Positions 34,331 through 48,633 are shown, counted from the stretch's first letter. The stretch: DNA of 48,633 nucleotides from Mustelus asterias (GCF_964213995.1 NC_135823.1:1612001-1660633), one strand, 5' to 3'. The notes: generated by a model from the sequence alone, not told the origin. Program-made: numbers and translations.

Positions 34331-37300
34331 TATTGTAAGGGTCTCTCTCTCTGCCACCCTGTCAGACAGTAAGTTTCAGACTCCCACCATTTCCTGGGGG
34401 AAAAAGTGTTTCCTACATCCCGGCACAACGGTATTGTTTAGCACTGCTGCAGAGGAGGTTTACCGGGATGTTTCGTGGGCTGGAGATTTTTAGTTATGAA
34501 GAGAGATTGTACGGAGTGTCGTTGTTTCCCTTCGAGCAGAGGAGACTGGGTTCGGGGTGGGGTGAGGGTGGGGGCGGGGGGAGGTGGTTGATTAAGATAT
34601 ATAAAATTATGTGGGATTCAGATGGAGCAGACAAAAGAAACGTTTTAATTTTAATTATTCGTGTCGCAAGTAGGCTTACATTAACAATGCAATGAAATTA
34701 GAGTGAAAATTCCCCAGTTGCCACACTCCGCCGTCTGTTCGGATACACTGAGGGAGAATTTAGCACCGCCAATGCCCCTAACCAACGCGCCTTTCGGACT
34801 GTGGTAGAAAACCGGAGCACCCAGAAGAAACCCACGGAAAAACGGGGAGAATGTGCAGATTCCCAAAGGTAGGGGAGCGTAAAACTAGAGGACATAGGTT
34901 TAAGGTGAGAGGGGAGAGATACAAAAAGGTCCAGAGATGCAAGATTTTCACACTGAGGGTGCTGAGTGCCTGGAACGAGCTGCCAGAGGTTGTAGTGGAC
35001 GGGGGTACCATTTTATCTTTTGAAAACCATTCAGACAGTTACATGGGTAGGCTGGGTACAGAGGGACATGGGCCAAACCTGGGCAATTGGGACTAGCTTC
35101 ATGGTAAAAACTGGGCAGCATGGGCAAGTTGGGCCGAAGGGCCTGCTTACATACTGTAAACCTCCATGAGTCTATGACTCTGAATTCGCATCCCGATGCA
35201 GCAGATAATTAGGAATTCAAGAAGCGGCGGCTTGACGTACAATAGTGAATATTTGTTAGTCCAATTGTACAGGGTATTATGCGATCATTCCTGCAATGAT
35301 ATGTCCAGTTTTGCATTCCATATACACTTGCTGTCGATGTGGTACAGTTAATGTCCTTTGGATTGGATCCTTGAACGATAGGGTTGTCCTGTGATGAGAG
35401 GCTGAGAAAACTATGCCTTGATTTGCTGTAGGACAGAAGAATGAGATGTGACATGCCAGATACTGAAGAGATTGATCCTATTGGCTGGAAAATGTGTCAC
35501 ACGGCGATACAGCCTCAGGATAAAGACACTTATATTAGAATGAGAGGAGGAAAAATTTATACACTTCGAGGATAATAAATCGTTGGTATTCTCTACCCAA
35601 GTGATCTATAGATGCTCAGTCCCTCAGTATATTGAACAATACGATCCATAGATTTTGGATACGAAGCGAAAAAAGGTATATGGAGATAGTGTGGCAAAAT
35701 GAAACTGGGGTATAAGGCCAGGCATCATGTGACTGAAAGTTAATTTATTAGTCACAAGTAGGCTTACATTCACATTGCAATGGAGTTACGATGAAAATCC
35801 CCTAAGCGCCACACTCCACTGTCTGTTCAGGAACACTGAGGTAGAGTTTACCATGGCCAACACACCTAACCAGCACTTCTTTGGACTGTGGGAGGAAACA
35901 GGAGCATCAGGAGGAAACCCACGCAGACACAGGGAGAATGTGCAAACTCCACACAGACAATGACAGAGAATCGAACCCAGGTCGCTGGCGCTGTGAGACA
36001 GCAGTGCTCACCACTATGCCACCATGCCGCCCGTGAGATTGGGCTCAGTGAACACAATGCCTTTCCTGTATTTTTGCCTGTATGCTCAGGGTCTCAAACT
36101 TTTGAAAGAAGCTTTGAGTAGCCTTGGGGTGTTGCTGGGAAACACATCCTTGAATTAACACATGGTGGGGGAAATAACTTTAATTCATAATTGAGTTTTG
36201 CTGCGTTTGCAGGGGGCGTATGATTGACGTGTGTCACATGTTGTCGAAGTTATGTCAACTGGAAAGTGGGTTATTAACCTTGCATTCTGAAATTATCTAC
36301 TCCATCTCGCCTGCATGCTATCTCCCTGAAAGTGCTCACCCCTTCATCTCTGCCCATCACCTCGTAAATTGTCGTTTCCAAACATTTATTAATTTCGCTT
36401 CCAAGACCCTGCTTTAGGGCGGCACGGTGGCACAGTGGTTAGCACTGCTGCCTTTCAGCGTGAGGCTCCCTGGTGCGATTTCCGGCTTGGGTCACTGTCT
36501 GTGCGGAGTCTGCACATTATCCCCGTCTCTGCGTAAGTTACCTCCCACAGTCTGAAAAACACGCTAGTTAGGGGCTTTGACCGTGCTAAATTCTCCCTCT
36601 GTGTCCCCGAACTGGCACTGGAGTGTGTCGATAGGGGATTTTCACAGTAACGTCACTGAAGTTTTCATGTACTTGTGACCAGTAATAAATTTAAAGTAAT
36701 CTTGATGAACTAGATTGTTAGGAGTTACTGCACGGTGGCTATACTATAAGAGTAAGGTTTATGCCTTTGAGGCTTCTACGTCGTTGAGTGGGTTCAGTGT
36801 ACATTCCCTGGGGTACAGGATAGTATGTGGTAATCTCATGAAAATATACAAGGTACTCGTCGTCCAGGGTAAATGTTGATACGCTTTATCTCCCCCTTTA
36901 TAGAGATTCTGGAACATGGATTGATAGTCTCCGAATAAAGACTGAGACGAGAGAAACCTCTTCAGTCGGAGGGTTGTGAATCTTTGGTATTCTCTACACA
37001 GAGGCCTATGTGTTTTAGGGAATTAGCAGAATGTGAAGCAGAGCTGGAAGATCAACCAAGTCCTTATTGCGCAGAGGATGGACTGGAAGCCAAAGTACCA
37101 TAGCATCCCCACATTGCAGAAGGACGCCATACGGCCAATCGTGTCTGCACCGGGTCTCCTAAAAAGCATCTATCCCCATAGCATTTCCCATAGCTGATCC
37201 AGCCAACAAACACATCTCTGGACAACAATTGGCAATTTCGCATGGCCAATCCACCTAACTGGCACATCTGTGGACACTGAGGTGCAATTTAGCATGGCCA

Positions 37301-39999
37301 ATCCACCTAAACTGCAGATCGTTGGACACTAAGGGTCCATTTAGCATGGCGAATCCACCTCACCTACATGTCTTGGGATATTAAGGGGCAATTTAGCTTT
37401 GCCAATCCATCAAAACTGCATATCATGGGACAATAAGCGGCAATTTAACATGGCGAATCAACTAACCTGCGCATTATGGGCACCGAGGGGCAATTTAGCA
37501 AGGCCAATCACCTAACGTGAGCATCTTGGGACAAAAAGGAGCAATTTAGCGTGCGATGAAACCGGAACACCGGCGGAAATCCACGCATAAATGGGGAGAA
37601 CGTGCAAACTCAACACAAACAGTGACCCAAACCAGGAATCCAACCCGGATCCCTGGCACTGTGAGACACTGTGCCACCGTGCCGCCCTACCTGCACAGAC
37701 TCTCCAAAAGAGCAACTTACCCAGACACACCGTGCCCTCTAATAAGATACAATCGTTTGAACTGCCATCTGTAGTCTGGTTCCAAAGCGGTTTTTTTTTA
37801 TTATTTCCACAGGGGATCAATACTTCCATAAGAATTACGAATTGTTCAGAATGGACCCTGTGACAGAGACTGTGGCTGCCGCTGCTCCCACTCCTTGCCG
37901 CACGGTGGGGCCGCTCTAATTCTAGAGTCCGTCTCTCCTACGCGCAGTCACATCTTGCCCGCTCGGTGTCTGGCCGCTGCTCTTTGTCAAATCCCAGTCA
38001 CGCCCCCATGATGGGGACAGACGTCTGCCATTCATTCGTGATGTCAAATCCTTTTCAAATATTCAAATCGCCATTTGAAGATGTTGATGTAGGATGTTTG
38101 TGCGTTAATTCTACCAACGATTAATGTGCTGACTGTTAGTATCATGCTGTTTCTGTTAGTTACAACATTTTGTCTGTGAGTATAATTGGGATTATTCTGA
38201 TAGGAATGGGCATACTTATTTAAGATGAGTGTAAAATAAAGGTTATTTAGGTATTTCTAGTGGTCAATTTTTTGCTTTAAAGTAAAGGATAAGGATTATC
38301 CCGAGCACATGTCTCCCGGCTCTTTGGCTCTTGGGTCGTAACGTCAGATTGAGAACGCCTGGGTGATTTTATGTGTCCCACGACAAAGATTTGCATCGAT
38401 TTACTTGCAATGCCGAAGACGCAGAACAATCTCAACGTCTGAACCCAGCAGAAACATATATTTGCTAGGGTGATGAAAAGTTATTTCAAGGAGATGTGTA
38501 TAAAGGAGAGTCTTCAATTGGAAAATGAGGACGACATTTTTCGAAGGTCAGGGAATGAATTCCAGATCTCATTGACCAGAGGACCCAGTGGTTATCACTG
38601 CTGCCACACAGTGCCAAGGATCCGGGTTTGCTTGCTGGCTTAGGTGAATGTCTGTGTGAAGTTTGTACATTCTCCCCGTGTCTGCGTGGGTTTCCTCCGG
38701 GCGCTCCGGTTTCCTCGCGCAGTCTGAAAGACGTGCTGGTTAGGTGCATTGGCCATGGTAAATTCTCCGTCAGTGTCATGAACAGGGGCCGGAGTGTGAA
38801 GACGAGGGAGATTTTCACAGTAACTTCATTACAGTGTTAATGTAACCCTACGTGTGACACGAACAGATAAACTAAACTTAAAAGCTTTAATGGTTGAACG
38901 AAGGGAACCTGGGGTGTATACATGTGGTTGCACTTTACACGCACATTACAGTAAAGTTAAAGTTTATTTATTAGTCACAAGTAGGCCTACATCCATGATT
39001 GCCATTCTGAAATGAAGGCACTCACTTTCTTACTCAGCAGCAATAGAGATAAAGTATATTTATTAGCCACCAGTAAGTTTACATTCACACTGCAATTAAG
39101 TTACTGTGAAAATCCCTCAGTCGCCAGACTCCGTTGCCTGTTTGGGTACACTGAGGGAGAATATAGCATGGCCAATGAAACCAACTGGCACGCCTTTGGC
39201 CTCCGGGGTGAACCCAGAGCACCCAGAGGACATCCACGCAGGCACAGGGAAAACATGCAGACTCCAAACAGAGAGGGGCGGCACAGTAGCACAGTGGTTA
39301 GCACTGCTGCTACACGGTTCCAGGGACCTGGGTTCGATTCCCGGCTCGGGTCACTGTCTGTGTGGAGTTTGCACATTCTCCTCGTGTCTGCGTGGGTTTC
39401 CTCCGGGTGCTCAGGTTTCCTCCCACTGTCCAAAGATGTGCGGGTTAGGTCGATTGGCCATGCTAAAATTGTCCCTCAGTGTCCTGAGATGCGTAGGTTA
39501 GAGGGATTAGCCGATAAAAGATGGAGTGATATGGGGGTCGGGCCTGGGCGGAATTGTGGTCGGTGCAGACTCGATGGGCCGAATGGCCTCTTGCTGCACT
39601 GTAGGGTTCTATGATTCTAAGAGTGTCCCCAAGCCCGGAATTGAACCCAGGTCCCGTGAGGCAGCAGTGCTATCCACTGTGCTACCATGCCACCCCATCA
39701 ACTGAGTTAATGAAGTAAAAATCAATGGTGTCTGGCAGAATCAATTAATTTAACGTTGTTACTGGAAAGTCCGGGCATGAATGGCGACTATCTGTTATTA
39801 GGTAAAGCTCCTTTACAAGTGTCATTGAAGTTAACGAGAAAATGTCAGGAAATTTTCCTGGATTTATTCCTCAATTCACAAACATCATCAAATAAGGTCC
39901 CAGGGAATATTTCAATAATGAAGCTTACAATGACCGATGTGGATAAACTATTCCACATCAACTATGTGGCATAAGAATGAGAATTCTTGGATGAGAATA

Positions 40000-40770
40000 T
40001 AAAGGCATGGTTAGTAAGTTTACAGATGACACGAAGACTGGTGGCATGGTGGACCCTGAAGAAAGTTATCTCCAATTGCAACGGGATCTTGAACAATTGG
40101 GCCAGTGGGCTGACGAATGGCAGATGGAGTCTAATTTAGACAAATGCGAGGTGATGCATTTTGGAAGATTGAACCAGGGCAGCACTTACTCAGTTAATGG
40201 TAGGGCGTTGGGGAGAGTTACAGAACAAAGAGATCTTGGGGTACATGTTCATTCGGCATGCTTGGTTTCATCGGTCAGCACATTGATACAGCAGTTGGGA
40301 TGTCTTGTTGAAGTTGTACAGGACATTGGTAAGGCGACACTTGGAATGCTGTGTGCAATTCTGGTCACCCTATTATAGAAAAGATATTATTAAACTGGAA
40401 AGAGTGCAGAAAAGATGTACTCGGATGCTACCGGGACTTGATGGATTCAGTTATAAGGTGAGGCTGGATACACTGGGACTTTTGTTTCTGGAGCGTAGGA
40501 GGCTGAGGGGTGATCTTACAGAGGTCTATAAAATAATGAGGGGCACAGATCAGCTAGATAGTCAATGTATTTTCCCAAAGGTAGGGGAGTCTAAAACTCG
40601 AGAGCATCGGTTTAAGGTGAGAGGGGAGAGATACAAAATTGTCCAGAGAGACACTGTTTTCACACAGAGGGTGCTGAGTGTCTGGAACAATCTGCCAGAG
40701 GTAGTAGTAGAGGCGGGTACAATTTTATCTTTTAAAAAGCATTTTGAGAGTTACATGTGGACGATAGGTC
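40000..40770 (+). mobile_element. CR1 3' fragment
   Basis: KFTDDTK...LECCVQFWSPYYRKDI...LRGDL. Confidence 0.92.
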
Positions 40771-41376
40771 TCGATCAATGTTGTGTTTGAACAAAATGAT
40801 TTAAAAAACTGCCAAATGCAATAGATTTCTCGAATGCATTCACAAGAAAGTTATTTGGAAGTCTTCGGCTAGCTGTCATCCAGAGTGTTCACGTCTTCAA
40901 TTAGGCTGCGTGTCATGCAAGAGTCAAATCACATGCCCTCAACTGGAGCTCAAGTCGGGAACTAACAGTTGAGAAGTTACAGATTATAAAATCTTACAGT
41001 GCAGAAGGAGGCCATCGAGTCTGCAGCGACAAATATCCCACCCAGGTCCTATCCCTATTACGCCGTGCATTGGCCGTAGCTCGCTCCCTGACACTAAGGG
41101 GCAATTTAGCAATGGCCAATCCACCTAACCCGCACATCTTTGGACTGTGTGAGAAAACTGGAGCACCTGGAGGAAACCCGCGCAGACACAGGGAGAATGT
41201 GCAAACTGCACAGACAGTGACCTAAGCTGGCAATTGAACCCGGGTCCCTGTCGCTGTGAGAAAGCAGAGCTAACCAATGTGCCACCGTACATGTTGTAAA
41301 GTCAATCTTTTGTTCACATGGTGCATAAGACGATTCTGGGGTGAAATTAAGTAAGAATTTTCTGGAGTCAAGACTC

Positions 41377-42151
41377 TGTTAAGACCCAGGCCAGAGTCTC
41401 TTGGGTTTTATGAAGATGGCCTCGATCCTATGTTTTCACATTTTCATTTGGCACATAAGATGTTTCACTCCAGGAATGATAACTGTGATCCACTAGGAAG
41501 CTTTTATCAAATAAACTTTATTTAAGGACACGGTTACAATACAATGAAAAGAATTAGCATAACATTTACCAATCATAAGATTCAAACGTGATGCAGTATA
41601 AACCTTAACTGTGAGCTATCTGTGATATTCCAAGTCAAACACCACCCCACAAACATACACCCCATTCTAGACAAGGCAGAAAGAGAAACTGTGCCCACGT
41701 GATGCTGGGTTTTCAGCTTCTTAACCTGCTGTGTATTGGCCATTTGAATGTTGGATTAAATTTCTGAGGCTTCTCAGGCCTGGAACTTTCAAAAGCCTCT
41801 GGAGAGAGATAGAGACAGAAACACACCGCCTTCTCCCACCAGGTCCTGGAAGATGCAAAGCAAAGCTAAAAATTTGGAATTTACTGTGGTTAAAACAAAA
41901 TCTGCCCTCAGGCATCACGTGACCTGCCAATCATGCTCTACCTAGCAATGATCCAAAAGGATCTTTAAGCCCCAGGACACGGCATTAGGTCAGATTAAAA
42001 ATAAACATAATGTCCATAATATTGGTAGAGTAACAATTAGAGACACTGGCTTCAGACAAAACGGTACCAATAAAATGCTCGGAGCTGCTTGAAAAACACC
42101 TGCAAAGAAACATGATTAAAATAAATTTCTTAAGGGCAGAGTATCATCACA
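41377..42151. mobile_element. Solo LTR (Gypsy-like), 775 bp
   Basis: TGT...ACA termini flanked by the 4-bp direct repeat ACTC (41373-41376, 42152-42155); AATAAA on the - strand near 41520; no coding capacity. Confidence 0.7.
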
Positions 42152-44884
42152 ACTCAGTGGCATCTGAATGCTGACAGAGTGCCCCAATGCACTCATTGCC
42201 CACTTACAAAGAACAAAGTACAATGAATAAGAAGAAAATTACGGGAACGGGAAGAGGCCCTGCGACTTGTCAAGCCTGCACCGACCATGCTGCCTCTCGG
42301 ACTAAAACCCCTACCCTTCAGGGGACCATCATCCCTCTATTCCCATCCTATTCATGTATTTGGCCAGACGCCCCTTAAAAGTCACTATCGTATCTGCTTC
42401 CACTATCTCCCTTGACAGCGAGTTCCAGGCACCCACCACCTTCTGTGTAAAAAAACTGCCTTGTACATCTCCTTTAAACCTTACTTCTCACACCTTCATA
42501 ATTGACTCTTCCAACTTGGGAAAAAGCTTCTGACTACCCACTATGTCCATGCCCCTACTAATCTTGTAGACTTCTATCAGGTGGCCCCTCAACTCCTTAG
42601 TAGTAATTAAAACCCTGCACGCGATTTTGGAGGAAAGGAACAAACGTGCCTAAATTAGATCAATAGGGAATCAATAGATTTCCTTGGGTTGGAACTTGCT
42701 TGCAGAAAGTAAAAAAGATTCCTGCATCACATCAGTAACTTTAATGTAATATGCTCTCAAAACAATCTTGAACTGCCTACGACCTGAACTGAGGCATGAA
42801 TCCACAAACCTTCAGACTCAGCAGAAAAATACTTCAAGTCAAACTGAATCACTCACGAATTAATTGCATTTAATATGTGGCTGATAAATAAATTACTTTC
42901 AATTAACATGTCTAATGTAAATTGATTTTCCAGTCTTGGCCGCTCTTGGAGTAAAGAACAATCGCATCAATGTTGCCTCTTTGTGGACACATTCTAGTGA
43001 GCTAGCGGTGCCGTGGTGGTCGGAGTCAATAGTTTCTACAATGAGGGAACTCACTGATATTGGTTCATTGGGATTTGAATTGTTGTATTGTTGACAATTA
43101 ATTGATTGTAAAGTGAAAATCATTATTTTTGCATGCTATACAGACAAAGCAACCCGTACATAGTGAAGGAACGGGAAGAGTGCAGAATGCAGTGTTACAG
43201 TCATAGCTAGGGTGTAGAGAAAGATCCACTTAATGTGAGGTAGGTCCATTCAAACGTCTGATGGCAGGAGGGATGAAGTGGTTGTTGTGTCAGTTGGTAC
43301 CTGTCTTGACATTTTTGTATCTTCTTCGCGATGGAAGAAAGTTTAAGAGATTATATCCGGGGTAAGTTGGGTCCCTGATTTTGCTGGCTGCTTTTCCGAG
43401 ACAGCGGGAAGTGTCCTGATCATGTTTGGACACGAGGGGGCAATTTAGAATGGCCATGAGCTACGATGTTATTGAATGGTGGTGCAGGCTTGAACCGCCG
43501 AATGGCCTTCTCCTGCTTTCTGCTCGTGGAAGTAATACTGCGATGGACAGTGTTGATTGGTAACAGTTGAATCTTAAATGACCGTAGGCAATTTCAAATC
43601 TTTTTTTTATTCATTGGATGTGGACATCGATGGCAGGACCGGCATTTGTTGCTCATCCCTAATCATTCATCAATTCCTCGGCTATTTAAGAGTTAATCAC
43701 ATTGCTGTGGGTCTGAAGTTACATGGAGGCCAGACCGTGTAAGGATGGCAGATTCCCTTCTCTAAAGGGCATTATTGAACGAGATGGGTTTTTACGACAA
43801 CAGTTTCATAGTCATCATTAGGGTTTTAATTTCAGATATTTTATTGAATACAAATTTCACCGGTTGCCATAGTGGGATTCGAACCCAGCTCCCAAGAGCA
43901 TTTCCGTTTATTTTATTCCATTTCATTTCATCTCGTTCATCCATTTTATCATCCTTCTTTTTCAAATCTATTTTTCCACTTCTTCATTCCAACTCTCCTT
44001 TTGTCCACACCCTCCCGCCGTTCAGTGCAACTGGCACATTCCTCAGGCTTTCTTTCACAATTTGTACCTCTGATCTGCCAGTCTCTCATTCTGATCACTT
44101 AATGGACACTGTTAGCACGTTATTAGCCTCCTGTACCCTCATGTATATCCCCTTTGTCGAATTCCACAGCCCCTCCTCCCTACCAGAAGCGCATAAACCT
44201 CTGTAAATTCCCCTTGCTCTTAGCTCTGATGAAGGGACATCGACACACGAAACGTTGACTCTATTCTATGCCCACAGTTGCTGTCAGACCTGCTGAGATT
44301 CTCCAGCATTTTCTGTTTTGGCTTCAAATTCCAGCATCCGCAGTATTTTGCTTTTATCCGCAGAACATTCCCCTGGGTCCCTGGTTTCCTAGCGCCATAA
44401 CAATATCACAACGCCAATGCGTCCCATCGGAATGGGTACTGGGGATTAACTTATTTTGACACAGTGCTAAATGCAATGCGGTTGTTAAATGCAATGCGGT
44501 TGTATTTTCTTTGATTAGATGAGATTATTATTAGTGCCACGAGTAGGCTTACACTTAAATGAAGTTACTGTGAAAATCTCCCAGTCGCCAAACTCCGGCG
44601 CCTGTTTGGGTGCACTGAGGGAAAAGTTAGCATGGCCAATGCACCCAAGCAGCACGCTTTTCAGACTGTGGATGGAAACCGGAGCACCCGGAGGAAACCC
44701 ACGCTGACACGGGGAGAACGTGCAGATTTCACACAGAGATTGATCCAAGCCGTGAGTCGAACCCGGGTCCCTGGAACTGTGAGGCAGCAGTGCGAACCAT
44801 TGTGCCACCGTACTGCCCGTCACGGGCTACGTTGGAACAATAGCTCTTAGGTCACTTCTTCCTCCAAAACACACAATTCTCGAA

Positions 44885-45170
44885 CTATGGCTGAAAGGAA
44901 ATCACTGCGGATGCCGGAATGTGAAACCAAATGAGAAAAGTCTGGAGAATCTCAGCAGGTCTGGCAGTATCCGTAAGGAAAGAAAAGAGCTGGCGATTCG
45001 AGTCCCGATGACCCTCTGCAAAGGTAAACGGCATGCCTTTTAGCTTTGACGAAGCTTCCAAGCCTTTTAGCTTTGACAAAGGGTCATCTCGACTCGAAAC
45101 GTGAGCTCGTTCTTCTCCTTTCCCATGCTGCCAGACCCGTGGAGTGTTTCCAGCAATTTCTCTTTTGGAT
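44885..45170. mobile_element. Older imperfect palindromic Penelope-like element (related pieces near 1200-1350, 29820-30000, 43950-44360)
   Basis: ctcagcaggtctggcag...tcgagtcc.gatgaccct is mirrored by agggtcatctcgactcgaaac...tgctgccagacc. Confidence 0.65.
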
Positions 45171-48100
45171 TCTCAAACTATGGATCAAACACTTAGGCTT
45201 AAAGTTCAAATGTTAAAAATCAAAACACATTGTGTAAAAAGTATTTTGAGTAGGAGCTATTCTCTCTGTTATGAAACAAGAAACTAGTTAGTATTTTAAA
45301 GTCATGCATATTAGAGGAACATTTATTCAAATGTCCCAGTTATGATGAGCTGCTTCAGCGAAACAAAGCCCTAATTAGGATCAAGTTTAGAACACAGTTT
45401 CCGTGATACGTATTGCAAAGGTTCAACATGCACCACCCTAACAGAACGAAAACACTCAGAACCTGCCGTTGGATCTATTCATTCATTTTTGGGAGACTCT
45501 CATTAGACAGTTGATTCAATTAGAAAATTGAAACAGCAAATTCAATGCTTCAGCTTCTCTGCAATAGTCTGTAGCATTTATTCCGCCAGGGAATGTTCAA
45601 AAGAATGAGGAGGAACAGAGCAGGAAGATCAGGGCGAGATACATTCATGTGAAGACCCTGGTCGAACGAATTAGTGCCACAACAGGTTCGGAAGTGAACA
45701 GAGAGTGTGCTCCTTCCAGAGTGATTGAAGTGCTCTGCAAAACGTTATGACCTTTAAAGCCAATGAAAATAATCATCAGATCTTGCAGCAGAGAGCGGGG
45801 TTGGTAGCAGACCGAGAGAGAGTGAGGCGTTGGCTGGGGCGACGCTTGTATGGTATGACCTTAAGAAAGACGCCTCGCCCACAGCTCTTTCAGGGAGTGT
45901 GCAAAGCACATCAAGCAGAAATCGCTGATCGAGATTCCGACCACATTACGCTTGAGGCGGAAAGTTGTCCGAGACAGCAGCTCACTGTGGTTTTTCGTTT
46001 TTTTTTTACAGTCGAGGCGCTACAACTGCCTCCAGAGGTCAGAAGCTGAGACACAATGTTAAGCCGCAGAGAGAAGACAGTTGGGCATTCAAGATAAGTT
46101 TAGCTGAACAAAGAACCTGTTTGTTTACAATTCAGCCATATTACAAGATTATTTTCAAAAGACAACTGGTCATTATTTGCAAGCATTCCTAGGGTTGAGT
46201 ACAATTCGCAGAAACCTCCTTTGATTCACAACAGACGCATTCATTTCATCTGCCGCTCAGAGGAACCGCAGTTTGTACTGTCTATACTCAAGCAGCAACT
46301 CAATGAGACTTTCGACACAATTTGAACGCAATCCATACAATATTTTCACTTCTCTTTATTAGGCAGCTTGCATGAGGAATCATGTGTAAACTGTTTACAC
46401 AATGAATTAGATTGAACACAATTACATTACGGCATGCTGGCACAGTAGTTAGCAGTGCTGCATCACAGCGCCAGGGACCCGGCTTCAATTCCAGCCTTGG
46501 GTGACTTTCTGTGTGGAGTTTGCACGTTCCCCCGTGTCTGCGTGGGTTTCCTCTGCGTGCTCCAGTTTCCTCCCTCAGTCCGGAGGTGTGCAGGCTCGGT
46601 GGATTGGCCATGCTAAATTGTCCCTGAGTGTCCAAATATGTGCAAGTTAGGTGCAATGGCCATGGTATATTGCCCCGTTTTTTTCAAAGACGTGCAGGTT
46701 AGTTGGATTGGCCATGCTAAATTGCCCCATATTGTCCAAAGATGTGTAGGTTAGGTGGATTCGCCATGGTAAATCGACGCAATTATGGGGAAAAGGTGAG
46801 GTGATGTGGACCTGGGTAAAATGTTGCACTGCACTGCAGGAATTCTATGATTATATTCGGAATTCCCGACAGTTCACAGACTGATACTGAGAGTTCTTGC
46901 AGCAGACGACAGTGGCAGATCAACAGGAGCACCAAAATTTCAAAGTGCCCCTCGAAGCTGCAGAGCATTCTGACTTGGAAATATATCACTGTTCCTTCAC
47001 TCCCTCCCTCACATGAACTGTGAGCGAACACAATTTGTACTGCAGGGGCTAAAAGGGCGGGTCACCATAGAATCATTAGAGCAGAAGCATGTCATTCGGC
47101 CCATTGTGTCTGCACCGACCACAATTCCACGCAGGCCCTATCCCCATGACTCCATGCATTTACCACAGCTAGTTCCTCTGACACTAAGGAGCAATTTAGC
47201 ACGGCAAATTCACCTAACCAGCACATCTTTGGACACTGAGGGGCAATTTAATTTGGCCAATCTACCCAACCCGCACATCTTTGGACACTAAGGGGCAATT
47301 TAGCACGGCCAATCCACGTAACCTGCCCATCTTTGGACACTAAGGGGCAATTTAACATGATCAATTTACCGCACCTGCAAATCATAGAATCATAGAATAC
47401 CTACCGTGCAGAAGAAGGCCATTCGGCCCATCGAGTCTGCATCAAACACAATCCCACCCAATCCCTACCCCGGAACCCCATGCATTTACCCCACCTAGTC
47501 CCCCTGACACAAAGGGGAAATTTAGCGTGGCCAGTCCCCCTAACCTGCCCATCTTTGGACTGTGTGAGGAAACCAGAGCACCAGGAGGAAACCCACGCAG
47601 ACACGGGGAGAACGTGCACACTCCACACAGACGGTGACCCAAGCCGGGAATTGAAACCGGGTCCCTGGCACTGTGAGGCAGCACTGCTAACCACTGTGTC
47701 ACTGTGCCCCCTCCCCCCACCCTCCCCCCGACGATCTTTGGATATCATAATCTTCGAAAGATCAATACACTCGGTCCTTGCCAAGGAAGTATACATCCCG
47801 CGAATGATTTGAAATTTGGCTGAAATAGTGCACATATCACTATTAAATTAGTGTACTGTAACACTCTCTGAAGACATGCTGCCTATTCATCGCTGTGACG
47901 CACAGCCGATCACCACACTGTGTCAAATGAATGTGGAATTCACCAGCACACCGAATCAAAATGGTGTAACTTTCCATTGCACAGCTCGTCATAATTTCCA
48001 CTGTATCTGAAAGCGGCGTAACTCTCTGGGACTCAGCTCAGGTCAACCAGCGGCCATTAACCCTACAGAAACAAACTGGTCACGTAACATGGAGAAATAG

Positions 48101-48633
48101 CGTGCAAAGATGTCTAAAGACTGCTTATCTGCAAGACTCATTTTCGTGCTGTTGCAGGTTTATGGTGAGTAAAAGAGGGTAAGAATTATACATTGCAATC
48201 AGCGAGAATCAGTGTTCACCCAATAGAAACTGAGACCCAATATTCAGCTGAAGGGAAATACCCTGTTCATGATAATTTGCTTCATTTTCCTCACATAAAT
48301 GTTCAGTAAATGTTCACTAACGCCCTTTAGGGAAGGAAATCTGACGTCCGTACCTGGTTTGGCCATCATGTGACTCCAGAACCGCAACAATATTGTTGAT
48401 GCTCAACTGCCCTCGGGCAACTAGGAAAGGACACTAAAAAATTTGAAGTTAAAATGTATTTACTGGTGTCACAAGTAGGCTTACATTAAGACTGCAATAA
48501 TGTAACTGTGAAAAACGCCTCGTCGCCACACTCCAGTGCTTGTTCGGGTACACTGAGGGAGAATTTACCATCGTCAATGCAACTAACTAACACGTCGTTT
48601 CGACTGTGGGAGGAAACTGGAGCACCCCGTGGA

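Noticed and set aside
37859-38385. Possible second solo LTR (TGTGACA... GTCGTAAC)
   Set aside because: No matching TSD or clear 3' terminus.
39012-39614. 200-aa ORF and many similar short ORFs (e.g. CLRGFPPGAPVSSHSPK)
   Set aside because: Chance translations of nested SINEs.
42899-43123. Minus-strand ORF with faint C1 resemblance (ISVSSLIV...CVH)
   Set aside because: No core Trp, Cys register wrong and no splice donor.
45983-45999. CACTGTG next to GTTTTTCGT (RSS-like heptamer and nonamer)
   Set aside because: Wrong order, no 12/23 spacer and no adjacent V/D/J segment.

Overview
This is vertebrate genomic DNA, almost certainly from a shark (elasmobranch). Most of it is CR1/HER1-type LINEs, HE1/V-SINE-type tRNA SINEs, Rex1/Babar and L2 fragments, Penelope-like hairpin elements and a solo LTR. 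Between the repeats lies a cluster of non-rearranging antigen-receptor-like genes with the architecture Leader - germline-joined V+J - short intron - C1 - TM - multi-exon cytoplasmic tail. Gene A is on the + strand (6701-14730, possibly to 16791) and gene B on the - strand (about 29.7 kb to 24415). They converge tail-to-tail and have paralogous C1 domains sharing an unusual DGTYxIR...WRSGxxCxCxVQ signature. Each has a membrane-proximal Cys and an uncharged TM, and I saw no RSS around either V exon. As assembled, both are pseudogenes (frameshifts, lost canonical Cys, a dead splice acceptor, a LINE inserted in the TM exon). A third, much more degenerate Leader+VJ relic (- strand, about 4622-3045) may lie head-to-head with gene A. 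Exon boundaries were read by hand; repeat boundaries are approximate.
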